From: Candidatus Bathyarchaeota archaeon
Lineage (GTDB): Archaea; Thermoproteota; Bathyarchaeia; Bathyarchaeales; Bathycorpusculaceae
Direction of reading: 5' to 3'
Length of the DNA stretch: 64,000 nucleotides
Assembly (NCBI GenBank): GCA_963702095.1
Contig: OY969706.1
Coordinates: 64,001 to 128,000 of the forward strand
The position numbers were made by a program, and so were the translations under genes. The notes below the pieces were generated by a model. It was not told the DNA's origin. It was given only the letters and a program-made list of their open reading frames with translations, and did not search any database. This document shows positions 1 through 10,629 of the stretch, piece by piece; the stretch's first letter is position 1, and each line of letters opens with the position of its first letter.

Positions 1-3
1 GGT

Positions 4-456
4 TTGAAACTGCTTGATTATCCAGAGATTAAGGTGCTCAACATGGATCCTGCGTTGCTTGAGGCGTGGAATCCGCAGCCCAGCGGCGAAAAACTTTTGG
101 TGCCCGTGACACATGTTGTTTCAGCGGCGATTATGGGTTCGGGTTTGGGCGCTAACCAGGTGAATTCAGGCGACTATGACATTCAACTCTTCGATGAAGC
201 AATAGTTACGCAGTATGGGCTTGGCAGTTTGAGGCTGGGTGATTTAGTCGCCATTATCGATGCGGACCACTCTTTTGGGCGGATTTACCGTCAAGGCGCA
301 ATCTCCGTCGGCGTTGTGGTCCATACTAATTGTGTTTCGGCGGGGCACGGTCCCGGAGTGGTGACTTTGATGACTTCGCCTGATGGTCGAATTGTTCCTC
401 AGATAAGTTCGAAAGCAAACATTGCTTCTCTGCTAAATTTGAGAACAGATATATAA
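4..456 (+). CDS. DUF4438-family protein (C-terminal part; truncated by window start)
   Basis: Motifs IMGSGLG, GDYDIQ, LRLGDLVAI, GHGPGV typical of DUF4438/TM1086-like proteins. Confidence 0.75.
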   Translation: MKLLDYPEIKVLNMDPALLEAWNPQPSGEKLLVPVTHVVSAAIMGSGLGANQVNSGDYDIQLFDEAIVTQYGLGSLRLGDLVAIIDADHSFGRIYRQGAISVGVVVHTNCVSAGHGPGVVTLMTSPDGRIVPQISSKANIASLLNLRTDI

Positions 457-505
457 GATAGTTAATTCAAATAATGGAACAAAAAGGAAAGAAGAGGACA
501 AAGTA

Positions 506-799
506 ATGCCCGTTAAGCGAAAAAGCCGAGGAAGAGCAAAAGGAAGCAAAGGAAGCAGTACCCTTGTTCAATGTGCAAATTGCGGTGCAATGGTGCCACG
601 GGATAAGGCGAAACGTTCAACCCGCAGAGTATCCTTTGTTGAACCCCAACTTGCCAAAGAACTCAGGCAAAAAGGCACTTTCTTAGCTTCTTGGGTGGAC
701 ACCAAGTATTACTGTATTTCATGTGCTGTTCACCGCGGTATCGTTAAGGTTAGAGCCGAAAACGAACGGCACTCAAGAGGTTATAAAAGAAGGTATTAA
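506..799 (+). CDS. rps26e: 30S ribosomal protein S26e
   Basis: MPVKRKSRGR...CANCGAMVPRDKA...YCISCAVH zinc-binding signature. Confidence 0.97.
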   Translation: MPVKRKSRGRAKGSKGSSTLVQCANCGAMVPRDKAKRSTRRVSFVEPQLAKELRQKGTFLASWVDTKYYCISCAVHRGIVKVRAENERHSRGYKRRY

Positions 800-803
800 G
801 CGG

Positions 804-1469
804 TTAAACTGCTGCTTTTTTCTTTAATTCTTTATAGACATGTGCCGCTCTTTGTAAAACGGTTACAATCGACAGAATCGCTATTATGGCTACTCCGTAA
901 CCGAGTACAGGTAACCAGAAGAACCCAATTATGCTAACAACAGCTAAAATCAGCATGCGTTCTGCCCGCTCAGCAATACCCACTGACTCCATCTTTACCC
1001 CAATTACTTCTGCTCTGGCACGAGTGTAGCTAACCAGCATAGATGCAACTAAAGCAGCCAAAGCAATGACTGTCCCCCAGTAACTACCAAAAGCTGCTGC
1101 ACATAATCCTGCTATTATAATGCCTGCGTAGGATGCTCCGTCTGCGAACCGATCAAGTACTGAATCAAAGAAACCTCCAAAAGCAGTTGTCTGCTGATAA
1201 GTGCGCGCAACAATTCCATCCAAAGTATCGCAGAATCCAGAGGCAAGCATAAGGAACGTCGCTAAAAGCAAAAGCCAAAGCGAATCCACCGTTGTTAAGG
1301 CGTAGCTGACTGCTGAGGCAAATGCAAGTATGAACCCAACTATGCTTATGCGGTTAGGTGTAAAGCCTAATCTGTGTGCTATTTTTGCTTCGGTTGTGAG
1401 CATCTGTTGAATCTGCTGTTTTAGTTTGGTGAGCAAGGCTTCTTTCGTCTCAGTTGATGTGGTAGGCAA
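804..1469 (-). CDS. CDP-alcohol phosphatidyltransferase (archaetidylinositol-phosphate synthase-like)
   Basis: TPNRIS and DTLDGIVAR...GGFFDSVLDRFAD signature; multi-TM. Confidence 0.9.
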   Translation of the reverse strand: MPTTSTETKEALLTKLKQQIQQMLTTEAKIAHRLGFTPNRISIVGFILAFASAVSYALTTVDSLWLLLLATFLMLASGFCDTLDGIVARTYQQTTAFGGFFDSVLDRFADGASYAGIIIAGLCAAAFGSYWGTVIALAALVASMLVSYTRARAEVIGVKMESVGIAERAERMLILAVVSIIGFFWLPVLGYGVAIIAILSIVTVLQRAAHVYKELKKKAAV

Positions 1470-1657
1470 TTACGGGTAGGCTGTAGAAAAGGCTTTCTTA
1501 GTTTCACCATCGGTATTGTCCAACATTTTTCCATTATGGGCGGTTTTCAATGAAACTTATTAGGGAGAACCCATAATATTTGACAGTGACGTCCTGTCGC
1601 CTAACAAAGCGTGCAACAGCCACGTTACACCTAAGCAAACATAAAGGAGAAAAATGT

Positions 1658-1945
1658 ATGACTGAAAACGCAGATGTTATTTTCGTCGGAAACAAACCTC
1701 CAATGAGCTATGTTCTGGCAATTATTACGAGCCTCTCAGCAAACAACCTAAACGAAATAACCCTCAAAGCCAGAGGCCAAGCCATAACCACCGCAGTTGA
1801 CGTAGCAGAGATTGCAAGAAACCGTTTCATAAAAGACCTCAAAGTAACTAAAATCGCTATTGGAACAGTCGAGATGCCACCTCGTGAGGGCGAGAGCAAG
1901 TCCAGAATGGTTTCCACGATGGAAATAACCCTTACCAAAAAGTAA
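1658..1945 (+). CDS. albA: DNA/RNA-binding protein Alba
   Basis: IFVGNKPPMSYV...KARGQAITTAVDVAEI; ATG at 1658 preferred over 1580. Confidence 0.95.
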   Translation: MTENADVIFVGNKPPMSYVLAIITSLSANNLNEITLKARGQAITTAVDVAEIARNRFIKDLKVTKIAIGTVEMPPREGESKSRMVSTMEITLTKK

Positions 1946-2086
1946 GGCTGCACACAAGTAATTCCTAAGTTAAATCCCATTTCTTCTATTTTTTGGTATA
2001 TACTATTTTGCATTAAAAAAAGGCTACTGTGAAAACTAGTTTTAAATACCGATAGCACAGTTGTCAAGGGAAAGAGGGTATACCCA

Positions 2087-3369
2087 ATGGCTTTGGACGC
2101 TGTGCTAACGGCAATCGTTACCATCTGCATTCTGGTTTTCTCAGCCAAGGTCTTGGGCGAAATTTTCTCCTGGCGCAAAATCCCCTCGGTGCTCGGTGAA
2201 TTATTCGCTGGCATACTGCTCGGACCCTTCGCCTTAGGTTCCCTGTTGGTAATCAATGGCACGGCATTAATCCAGATAAACGAGATTGTGCGGGCATTCG
2301 GAGAAATCGGCGGAATCCTCATCCTGTTCGTTGCAGGATTAGAGATGACCTTTAGGGATTTCCGCAAAGTCGGCGCCGCAGGATTCGCCGTTGGAACTAT
2401 CGGCGTAGTTGTACCCTTCGTTATGGGCTACGGCACTGCTTTGGCTCTGAATTTAGGTGTCGAAGCAGCGCTAGTGGTCGGAGCAGCCCTAGTGGCGACC
2501 AGCATATCAATCACGGCGCTGGTGCTTCAGGAACTCAACCAAAGCAGACGCATCGAATCCCGACTGATGATAAGCGCCGCAGTCGTAGACGACGTTTTGG
2601 GGCTTGCAATCTTAGGTGTCATCGTCTCCTTCATATCCACCTCAACACCCATAACAGCCCTAAACACCGTTACCTTAATCGGCACTTCTCTGGGGCTCTG
2701 GCTTGCCATGACCGTCTTCTCAGCATTTGCTCTGCCCCGAATAATCGATTTGACAGCGAAAGGCAAAGAGTCCACGGTGGAGGCGGCTGCAACTGCCTCA
2801 TGCTTCGGAGCTTCCGCGTTAGCTGCTGCACTTGGTTTATCGCCCATAGTGGGTGCCTTCGCCGCGGGAATGGCGGTTGCCAGCTCCAAAGCTATAGAGC
2901 AAATACGCAATTACACCAAAAAAATCAGTGTCGTCTTTTCCCCCGTCTTCTTCGCGTTGGCAGGCGCACAATTCGACATTAGAAGCTTCATCACTACTAA
3001 CTGGTTCTTCTACGCCACCTTTATAGCCCTCGTTATTGTTGCCATTGCAAGCAAAATGATTGGATGCGGGTTGCCAGCGATTCACTTTCTGAAAAGCCGT
3101 AGCAAGGGCCTTAAAGTCGGCTACGGAATGATTTCTCGGGGAGAAGTCGGCGCTCATCGTGGCGGGTGTGGCTATCTCTGCTGGCGCCATCACTCAGGAA
3201 CTCTACGCTGCAATCTTGGGCATGATAATGATTACAACGCTTTTAGCGCCTCTTCTTCTTAGGCGGGCGCTGCGAGAAGGAGCAGCTAGAGGAGGAACCT
3301 TCAAAGTCTGAGGTGGACACTACTGCTCCAGATTACATGCCGACTTATCCACTGGACTTCACAGAATAA
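2087..3369 (+). CDS. Cation:proton antiporter (CPA2/NapA-like); two apparent 1-nt insertions near 3152 and 3269
   Basis: ATSISIT, AAVVDDVLG, MISRGEV motifs; removing one G at each GGCGC restores GLIVAG... and a reading frame to TAA 3369. Confidence 0.85.
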
Positions 3370-3389
3370 ACCAGTTCCAACGCGATTTA

Positions 3390-3883
3390 AACTTGAATTG
3401 ATGTTTGGTTTGCCGGGACTCTGGAACCAGAATAAAGAAAGAGAAGAAATGGAAAATGCAGATAACATTCCTTTGCAAATTTGACTATGTTCGTTTCAAT
3501 TTCAGGGCAAAACAACTTTTTATTCAGACGCCAGAGTTCGGTTTAGCCACTTTCCCCCGCTTTTTTTATTGCTTTTTTTGTTTGTGGGAATTCCTTATAG
3601 GGGTTGGGTTGTTGCTGGTGACGGGCGACTTAATTCCCGATGGACCATGCTAGTGCCTACTACACTGGGCTGTTCACTGCTATATAAATGGAAAAAAAAT
3701 GATACGTGCCCACATACCTACACGGCAGCAACTTCTGCATGGAGCCATGTACCCCATGTGGAGAAAAACGCATATACCACCGAAACAGACGATGAAAAGC
3801 GTTGCACCCCAAAAAAGCAACCGCTCCCAATTGCATTCTTGTGGCACTCCGCAAATCGCCACACCCACCTAAAGAGAGAGAAC
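3390..3883 (+). repeat. Dispersed intergenic repeat, copy A (long form, ~500 bp)
   Basis: Aligns by eye with reverse complement of 36062-36585 along most of its length, and with 32116-32313 and 57922-58166 in the 3' ~200 bp (GATAC..CATGGAGCCATG..GTGGA..TGGCA..CGCCACACCCAC..AAAGAGAG). Confidence 0.85.
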
Positions 3884-3948
3884 TCTCAAATTCCACGATA
3901 GAAAGATTCTTTACTCTAACCGCAGTCACACCATACGGAGAAAAATAG

Positions 3949-4710
3949 ATGCCTCTAACATTTGTCATTGGAACAGCAGGTTCAGGCAAGTCACTTTTTA
4001 CAGCAGCCTTTGCAGAATGGCTCAAACTAAGCAAACAAGACGTCGCCGTCGTCAACTTAGACCCTGGCGCACTCAAGTTGCCCTATCAACCAGACGTTGA
4101 CGTACGCAACTATGTAGACGTCGGCGACATCATGGAAAAGTATGGGTTGGGTCCAAACGGCGCATTGATTATGGCTGCGGACTTAATCGCTGACGAAATC
4201 GAGAATTTAACCCGCGACATAGAGGAAGCCCACGCGGACTTTGTCATAGTCGACACTCCCGGACAGATGGAGTTGTTTGCTTTTCGAGCATCTGGACCAT
4301 ACATCGTTAACGAATTAACTAAAGAACCAAAAGCCATCCTCTACCTCTTTGACGCAGTCTTCAGTGTAAACCCGCTCAACTACGTCTCCAACATGTTCCT
4401 ATCGGCAGCGGTGTACAACCGTTTCTTCCAGCCTCAACTACATGTGCTCTCAAAAACCGACTTAATCCCAAAGAAAGAAGTACAGGCGATTGCGTCGTGG
4501 TCAGCTAACCCACGTGAACTCGAGGACGCCATAGAGATGAAACTTGAAGGAACCAAACGCCTCTTTAGCCGCAACATGATGCAAGCCATCGACAAACTCG
4601 GAATGAAATTCCTCCTAATGCCCGTTTCGTCCAAAACCAACGAAGGCATGACAAACATCAACACCCTCCTAGAGCGCATTCTCAACCAAGGAGAAAAATA
4701 CACAACTTAA
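3949..4710 (+). CDS. GPN-loop GTPase
   Basis: GTAGSGKS, NLDPG, LGPNGAL, DTPGQMELF, SKTD. Confidence 0.95.
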   Translation: MPLTFVIGTAGSGKSLFTAAFAEWLKLSKQDVAVVNLDPGALKLPYQPDVDVRNYVDVGDIMEKYGLGPNGALIMAADLIADEIENLTRDIEEAHADFVIVDTPGQMELFAFRASGPYIVNELTKEPKAILYLFDAVFSVNPLNYVSNMFLSAAVYNRFFQPQLHVLSKTDLIPKKEVQAIASWSANPRELEDAIEMKLEGTKRLFSRNMMQAIDKLGMKFLLMPVSSKTNEGMTNINTLLERILNQGEKYTT

Positions 4711-5333
4711 ACGCTTATGAGTGACCAGCTGGCGGCAAACGCGCCCCGTTTTGCCTTCAACGCCGTCTCGGCACCAGCTACGATGACAACATCGTTCTCA
4801 GAGGGTTTCATTGTCTCCAGTATCTGCGCCGTGGCGTTGGGGAACTGTTTCTCTAAGTTATCACTGACTGATTCAATGCAGAGGTGCCCTTTTTTGTAGA
4901 CTATTACCAGTGTTTTTCGTGCGCCTGCAAATATGGCAGCGTCCCGTTGATCTATGCCCGAGCCGACTTTGTGCCCGCAGTCCTTGACCAAAAAAGCATG
5001 GTTAAACTCAGAGGGGTACAATTCAGAGTGCATCAAATCAGCCTGCGTGGGGAAGATGTCTTCAAATTGGCTCCAGACCTGTTTGCCCTTCTCAGTCAAG
5101 CTGCAGCCGCCTTTGGAGATTTCGATCAACTTGGCTTCTTTGAGCCGACTGATTATGGTGCGCACTGCTCCGTCGCCGACACAGAGTTTTTCAGCAAGCT
5201 TGTTCCTTCCCAGTGGCTTCTGTGACAATAACTCCAGCGCGTAGTACACATGGAATATCGTAAAGGACGTTGAGGGTCCGGGAGCTCTTTTACTCGCGAT
5301 ATTTTGCATAAACTTCTTTAGGTTTGCTGCCAT
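4707..5333 (-). CDS. wHTH transcriptional regulator, DUF4443-like
   Basis: N-terminal wHTH (GRNKLAEKLCVGDGAVRTIISRL) and GIDQRDAAIFAGA domain. Confidence 0.75.
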   Translation of the reverse strand: MAANLKKFMQNIASKRAPGPSTSFTIFHVYYALELLSQKPLGRNKLAEKLCVGDGAVRTIISRLKEAKLIEISKGGCSLTEKGKQVWSQFEDIFPTQADLMHSELYPSEFNHAFLVKDCGHKVGSGIDQRDAAIFAGARKTLVIVYKKGHLCIESVSDNLEKQFPNATAQILETMKPSENDVVIVAGAETALKAKRGAFAASWSLISV

Positions 5334-5513
5334 GTTTCTGCCTACCTCTATTTAGCGTTGGCTTGTTTTTATAATTTATCGAAGTATACTTTGCGCCTTA
5401 TAAGCGGCAGCTGAAATTTCAACCAATGCGCCTGGGTTTTTTCATTTAGGTCTTGTTGTTTAGGCGATTTTGCGCTTAAACCGTTGTGTTTAAACGGAAT
5501 GCGGTTGGCACTC

Positions 5514-5533
5514 AATATTCCTTTTGGAATATT
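5514..5533. promoter_or_regulatory. Palindromic operator candidate AATATTCC-TTTT-GGAATATT upstream of metK
   Basis: Perfect 8-bp inverted repeat between the divergent wHTH regulator and metK. Confidence 0.5.
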
Positions 5534-5610
5534 TTATTCAGAAAACCATATAAGAAAACCGCTGAGTAACCTATGCCAACCAATTTGTTGAACAAAGAGA
5601 GAGAAAACCC

Positions 5611-6783
5611 ATGAAACGAAATGGAAAATACTTGTTCACATCCGAATCAGTCGGAGAAGGCCACCCAGACAAAGTTGCAGACCAAATCTCGGACAGCGTG
5701 TTAGATGACATATTCAGCCACGACTCCAAAGCACGCGTTGACTGCGAAACCCTCGTCATGCAGGGCACAGTCATCGTCACAGGTCAAATCACCACCTGCT
5801 ACTACGCCGACATCCCAAAAATCGTGCGCAAAACCCTAAAAGAAATCGGCTTTGACAACGCCAAAGACGGCTTAGACTGGGAAACCTGCGGCATACTCGT
5901 ATCTCTTACCGCCCAGAGCCCAGACATAGCCATGGGTGTAGACGAACACAACGGTCATGAGCAGGGCGCAGGCGACCAAGGCATGGTTTTCGGTTACGCC
6001 ACCAACGAAACCAAAGAACTCATGCCCCTACCTATCATGCTAGCACACAAACTAGTCAAGCGCCTTGCAGAAGTTAGAAAGAACGGCATGATGCCCTATC
6101 TCCGCCCAGACTGCAAATCCCAAGTAACAGTCGAATATGAAAACGGCAAACCAAAATGCGTTAAAACCGTCGTCATAGCAGCCCAAAACAACGGTTCAGT
6201 AGAAGATGCCGTCCTTAAGAAGCAAATCATAGAAAACGTCATCAAATGTGTCATTCCCGCGGACATGCTGGCTGAAGACATAAAATATGTCATCAACGGA
6301 ACAGGCAGATTCGTCGTCGGTGGAACATTGGCAGACTCTGGTTTAACAGGCAGAAAAATCATCGTCGACACCTACGGCGGAGTCGGAAGCCACGGCGGCG
6401 GATGCTTCAGCGGCAAAGACCCATCCAAAGTCGACCGCAGCGGCTGCTACATGGCACGCTACATCGCCAAAAACGTGGTTGCCAGTGGCTTAGCGGACCA
6501 ATGTGAAGTCCAAATCAGCTACGCCATCGGAGTCGCACAACCAATCAGCGTACTGGTCAACACGTTTGAAACAGGCAAATTGCCCGACGAACAAATCCTT
6601 GAACTAGTCAAGAAACACTTCGACATGCGTCCCCGAGCAATCATCGACCAACTAAACCTGTTGCAACCCATCTATAAGCGAACAGCCACTTTCGGTCATT
6701 TTGGACGCGGCGAGTTCCCATGGGAAAAATGTGACAAGGCTGAGGCTCTCAAAGCGGAAGTTGAGAAAGCCAAAAAAGCCTAA
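5611..6783 (+). CDS. metK: S-adenosylmethionine synthetase, bacterial/eukaryotic type
   Basis: [46 protein letters not shown]. Confidence 0.97.
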   Translation: MKRNGKYLFTSESVGEGHPDKVADQISDSVLDDIFSHDSKARVDCETLVMQGTVIVTGQITTCYYADIPKIVRKTLKEIGFDNAKDGLDWETCGILVSLTAQSPDIAMGVDEHNGHEQGAGDQGMVFGYATNETKELMPLPIMLAHKLVKRLAEVRKNGMMPYLRPDCKSQVTVEYENGKPKCVKTVVIAAQNNGSVEDAVLKKQIIENVIKCVIPADMLAEDIKYVINGTGRFVVGGTLADSGLTGRKIIVDTYGGVGSHGGGCFSGKDPSKVDRSGCYMARYIAKNVVASGLADQCEVQISYAIGVAQPISVLVNTFETGKLPDEQILELVKKHFDMRPRAIIDQLNLLQPIYKRTATFGHFGRGEFPWEKCDKAEALKAEVEKAKKA

Positions 6784-6875
6784 TTCCCTCTTCTTTCCTT
6801 TTCTTTGTTAACTCATTGCGCCTGTGGACCCTGCGATTTTGCATGAGTTTTCTAAATGCCAAAATTTACTTCTGT

Positions 6876-8043
6876 TTACTGGGTTTCTTGAGGCGTCGTC
6901 TGCGGAGGCTGCGGTATAGCGATGGGCGTTCTGCGTTTCATCCTAACAAACGCCAAAGAAACAACAACAGCAGCCGCAGCTGCAGAAGCAACAACTGCCA
7001 ACACAAAGTAGGGCAAAACAACGACGTTGACCACGGCGCTGTTTGCTCCATTTAATTGTCTATTACCCAACCAGCTGGCTTGTATGTCGATTACGCCTCC
7101 CACCGGCGATGTCCAGTTGTAGCTGAATCGCCCGTCCGATTGAGTTGTAACAGTATCCAAGGTTTCCCAACCGCCGCCGTTTATTTTTGCCTGCAAAGTG
7201 ACGTTTTCGTTGGGTGCCTGGGGCAGTATCTGTCCGCTTATGGTTATGGCGTTGTTTTCAAGTAGGAAAGAAGATGAAACCTGAATGGTTAAAATGCTGG
7301 GGTCGAGTTCTCTTAGGTTAGCTGAAACTTGCCCAATCGAGGACTGCTCCATACCAGTCAATGGGACCACTTGGGATGTGACGTTTTGGTAGTTATCTGG
7401 GCATTCGCCGACGCGCCAGCCATACCTCCAGCCTTCTCCTGTGCACTCGGCAACGTAGTAGGTTACGTTTTGGCAGGTTACACTATAAATTGAGGCGTAT
7501 CGGGCGTCTTTAGGTTGGTAGCCCACGTCTACTCCTAATTCCATGTGCTCTTGGTCTTTGTAGAGTAAGAGAACACAGTGGATGCCGCCTGCTTCAAGAA
7601 TTGAAGGCCGCGACGTAGGCGAAAAGGTCACAGTCGCCTCTGCCGTTAGCCAACGTTTCCACTGCGTATCTGCCAGGCTTGGTTTCCTGGTAGGTTATTT
7701 GATGCACGATTTCTAAGACGCCGTTGGTGTAGTCTTCGGTGTTGTTGTAGATTTGCCACAGTCTATCCGCTATGGGTTTTAAGGTGTTGGGGGTGACGAA
7801 TTTGGCGAAGTCCGATTCAGTGAACACCATGTGGTTTTGCAGGGTGTAGTATTGGTAGAGTATGTAGGGGATGGTGACGTTGAGTTCGTAGGCAGGTGAT
7901 TTATCGTTGCCCGGCTGGCTGAGCAGCAGAAAAGAAGCCTGGTAATCCCGGTTTAGACTCTGTGTCCTAGCAATGGGCACTAACGAGAAAACAACGATTA
8001 ACAGTAGAGAAACGCAAACCGCTTTAATGTAGATGTTTTTCAT
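6876..8043 (-). CDS. Secreted/membrane-anchored transglutaminase-like protein with Ig-like domain; apparent frameshift near 7604
   Basis: Signal peptide, GDCDLFA Cys motif in ORF 7594-8043, HMELGV and C-terminal TM in ORF 6876-7631; deleting one T after GGCC joins them (AASILEAGG). Confidence 0.7.
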
Positions 8044-8117
8044 CTGCGAGATTAGCCAGCCATCCTTTTTTTCAACGCTGGGATACTTAAATGCTTATTC
8101 CTAAATACCCGCTTAAA

Positions 8118-8930
8118 CTAAGGGCGTACAATGCCACCATTCTCGACGATTAACTTGCTCAGTTGATCCGCTGCCCTCTGAAGCGCCAAAGCCGGCTGCT
8201 GCTCCTGACAAGCGGACATCGTCAGATGCAACTCAGTACCAGGCTTCCCATCAGAACGAAGCGGATGCGACTTAACATAAACCCCCAAGTTATCCTCCAT
8301 CACCCTATCAATCAAAGGCGCCAAACGAGACTCAAAAATACCCTCCGCGAAGATACTCTGTTGACAAAAAACGTTTGAGCCGACAGCCTTCCTGATCAGG
8401 GGAGCTATGGTTTGAGTAAAAATCGCCTCCATCTCCACGGGAACGCCGGGCAACGTAAACAGCACTGCCCCCCCGATTTCCACACGTGCCCCTGGTGCTG
8501 TCCCAATGGGGTTGGTGACTGGCTCAGTGTTCTGCGGCAACATCGCCATCTTAACCCGAGGCGGTGTCATCTCAACTTCAGCGGGCATATTTCGTTTCTT
8601 CGCGTATTCGACGCATTTCTCCCTGACCATTTCTAATGCTTGGGGATTCACGGCGGTGTCTTGGTTTAGGGCTTTGGCGAGTCCCTGCAGGGTTTTGTCG
8701 TCGAATGTGGGTCCTAAGCCGCCTGTGGTGATTATGAATTGGGGTTCGCGGGCTGCGGCTTCACAGATGGTTTGGGCGATTTCGGGGATAATGTCTGGGA
8801 TGGTGGTTTCTCTTTGCACGTTTGCGCCCAGCGCGGTGATTTGCTGTGATAGCCAGTGGGCGTTGGTGTTCTGGATTTTGCCGATTAACAGTTCGTTGCC
8901 GATGGAGATGATTTCGACGTTTACAGTCAA
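8118..8930 (-). CDS. CinA-like molybdopterin-binding-domain protein
   Basis: IGNELLIGKIQNTN, TTGGLGPTFDDKT, GTAPG, LPGVPVEM. Confidence 0.9.
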   Translation of the reverse strand: MTVNVEIISIGNELLIGKIQNTNAHWLSQQITALGANVQRETTIPDIIPEIAQTICEAAAREPQFIITTGGLGPTFDDKTLQGLAKALNQDTAVNPQALEMVREKCVEYAKKRNMPAEVEMTPPRVKMAMLPQNTEPVTNPIGTAPGARVEIGGAVLFTLPGVPVEMEAIFTQTIAPLIRKAVGSNVFCQQSIFAEGIFESRLAPLIDRVMEDNLGVYVKSHPLRSDGKPGTELHLTMSACQEQQPALALQRAADQLSKLIVENGGIVRP

Positions 8931-9036
8931 GCTGCCGCCTCACCAAGCTATACAGAATTCTTTGCCTTTTATGGCTTCCCAAAACATGGATGCAGAGTCA
9001 ACGCTAACAAAAGTGCCTATGCCCCTGTGGGCTCTC

Positions 9037-9240
9037 TTACTTTTTGCTAAGGTACCATTTGAGGTATTCTTTTCGGCGGGTTGTTTTTGCGTCGTCTTCT
9101 TCGTCGAAGTTTTGGCGTTTGTCACGTTCGTCGTTTAGTTCCTGACCTGTGCAGGATAAACCGCAGCTTTTGCAGACATAGTGCTTAGTTAAAGATATGT
9201 AATGCATTTCTCCGCCGCATTCTGGACAGTAATTCACCAT
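9037..9240 (-). CDS. Small zinc-ribbon protein
   Basis: CPECGG...CKSCG. Confidence 0.7.
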   Translation of the reverse strand: MVNYCPECGGEMHYISLTKHYVCKSCGLSCTGQELNDERDKRQNFDEEDDAKTTRRKEYLKWYLSKK

Positions 9241-9401
9241 ACTTTCTTCGTGCCTTTATGGATTTTTACAACTAAATCGACGCTACATCGATATTAGGTT
9301 TATGCGGATTCATCTGCATTTTGAACGTAATTTCCAAATATTTGTTCCCAGACCCTTTAGTGTAATTGAATGGAGTAGCGCTTTTAACTTCGATAAAGTA
9401 G

Positions 9402-10469
9402 TTAGACGTGGGTGTACATTTTGTTGCTGCTGTATTTGCCTGTGTCCATTTCGTCCTCGATCTCTTTGAGCAAAAGAATACGCTTAAACGTCGGTGGGTG
9501 CGTTGCGAAGAGGCTGTTCATCTGTACCCATGTGGACTTGGCTTCTTTCTCCATAGCCAACTCTAACTCTCGCTCATCTAAGACGCCGTCGTGGTCGAGG
9601 TCATATTGGCTTTTTTTATTCATGATTTCCTCGACTTCTTGCTTGGCTTGCTGGGGATCCTCGATGTAGAAGCTGCGTGCGCTGGCGCTGGCTTTGGGCG
9701 CAATCGATAAGCCGTAAGTGATTTTTGCTAATGCACTCTGCAGGCTATGGGGGTTTTCTGTGAGGTATGCGCTGTAGGCGTCGGCGAAGTGTTCACGCAG
9801 GCGGCTTAATCGCATAACTGCTAAGAAACTGACGATGTAAACTATGAAGGATATTACGCCTATAGCGATTAGGACGGCTCCGGCGTTGCCTTGGTCTTTG
9901 CCCCGTCTTGAGGAGCCCCCGCTAAACCAGCCCGCAGTCAACGCTATCTGCGAAACCCAATATGCAATAAGGGGCAAAGCGGAAAGAACCGTCATGACAA
10001 TGTAATCTTTGTGTTTTATGTGTCCTAACTCGTGGGCGATTACGCCTTTGACTTCGTCTTCGTTGAGGCTTCTTAGGAGCCCTTCATGAACGGCTAAGGT
10101 GGCATCGCTGCTGGTTCTGCCAAAGGTGAAGGCGTTAGGTGTTCTGTTTGGTACAATGGCTAATTTGGGCATTGGCAGATTGCTTTTAGTCGCTAATTCC
10201 TTTACGGTGTTCTCTAACCATGGGTTTCCGCCTGGTTTTAGGTATTGCAGGTGCGTGGAGGCTGAGACGATGGTTGGTCCCAGAGCGTATTCGAAGAGGA
10301 TAAAGATTAGGGTGCCGCCTAAAGCTAAGAGTAACCCGGTGATTAAGTCAAAGCCTATTACGTAGTATTGGAGTAGGAAGATGACGCCTAAGAGGAATAA
10401 GCCAAAGATGAAGCTGGCTGCAAAGATGCTTATTCCCATAGCCCATTTTAAATCACTTAGCTTAGCCGT
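9402..10469 (-). CDS. htpX: M48 zinc metalloprotease HtpX-like
   Basis: PNAFTFG, HELGH, SRLREHFAD, THPP; first ATG 10439, SD-positioned codon at 10469 is ACG. Confidence 0.9.
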   Translation of the reverse strand, partial: TAKLSDLKWAMGISIFAASFIFGLFLLGVIFLLQYYVIGFDLITGLLLALGGTLIFILFEYALGPTIVSASTHLQYLKPGGNPWLENTVKELATKSNLPMPKLAIVPNRTPNAFTFGRTSSDATLAVHEGLLRSLNEDEVKGVIAHELGHIKHKDYIVMTVLSALPLIAYWVSQIALTAGWFSGGSSRRGKDQGNAGAVLIAIGVISFIVYIVSFLAVMRLSRLREHFADAYSAYLTENPHSLQSALAKITYGLSIAPKASASARSFYIEDPQQAKQEVEEIMNKKSQYDLDHDGVLDERELELAMEKEAKSTWVQMNSLFATHPPTFKRILLLKEIEDEMDTGKYSSNKMYTHV

Positions 10470-10629
10470 TTAGATTCACCCCTAAGTTTGGTTAGATTAT
10501 GTTTTTAGTGAATACGTCCCTAGCGAAATAAGGCTTTTCCTCAAAGCAAATTTAAAACCTTAGGGGCGCAATTCTGGCAAACTTTTATATGGCAATCAGG
10601 AATGTTTTAGCTCTCGGAGTGTACTCACC

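Noticed and set aside
1708-2367. Long antisense ORFs (e.g. 1708-2367, 8506-9138, 47180-47686, 54439-55044 alternative frame)
   Set aside because: They overlap well-supported genes and have no recognisable motifs; shadow ORFs.
3405-4076. ORFs of 62-138 aa overlapping the dispersed repeat (also 32071-32317 and 57927-58424)
   Set aside because: One frame looks similar between copies (DT..H..WSHV..VE), but copies B and C contain stops or frameshifts and there is no common start, so they are treated as by-products of the nucleotide repeat.
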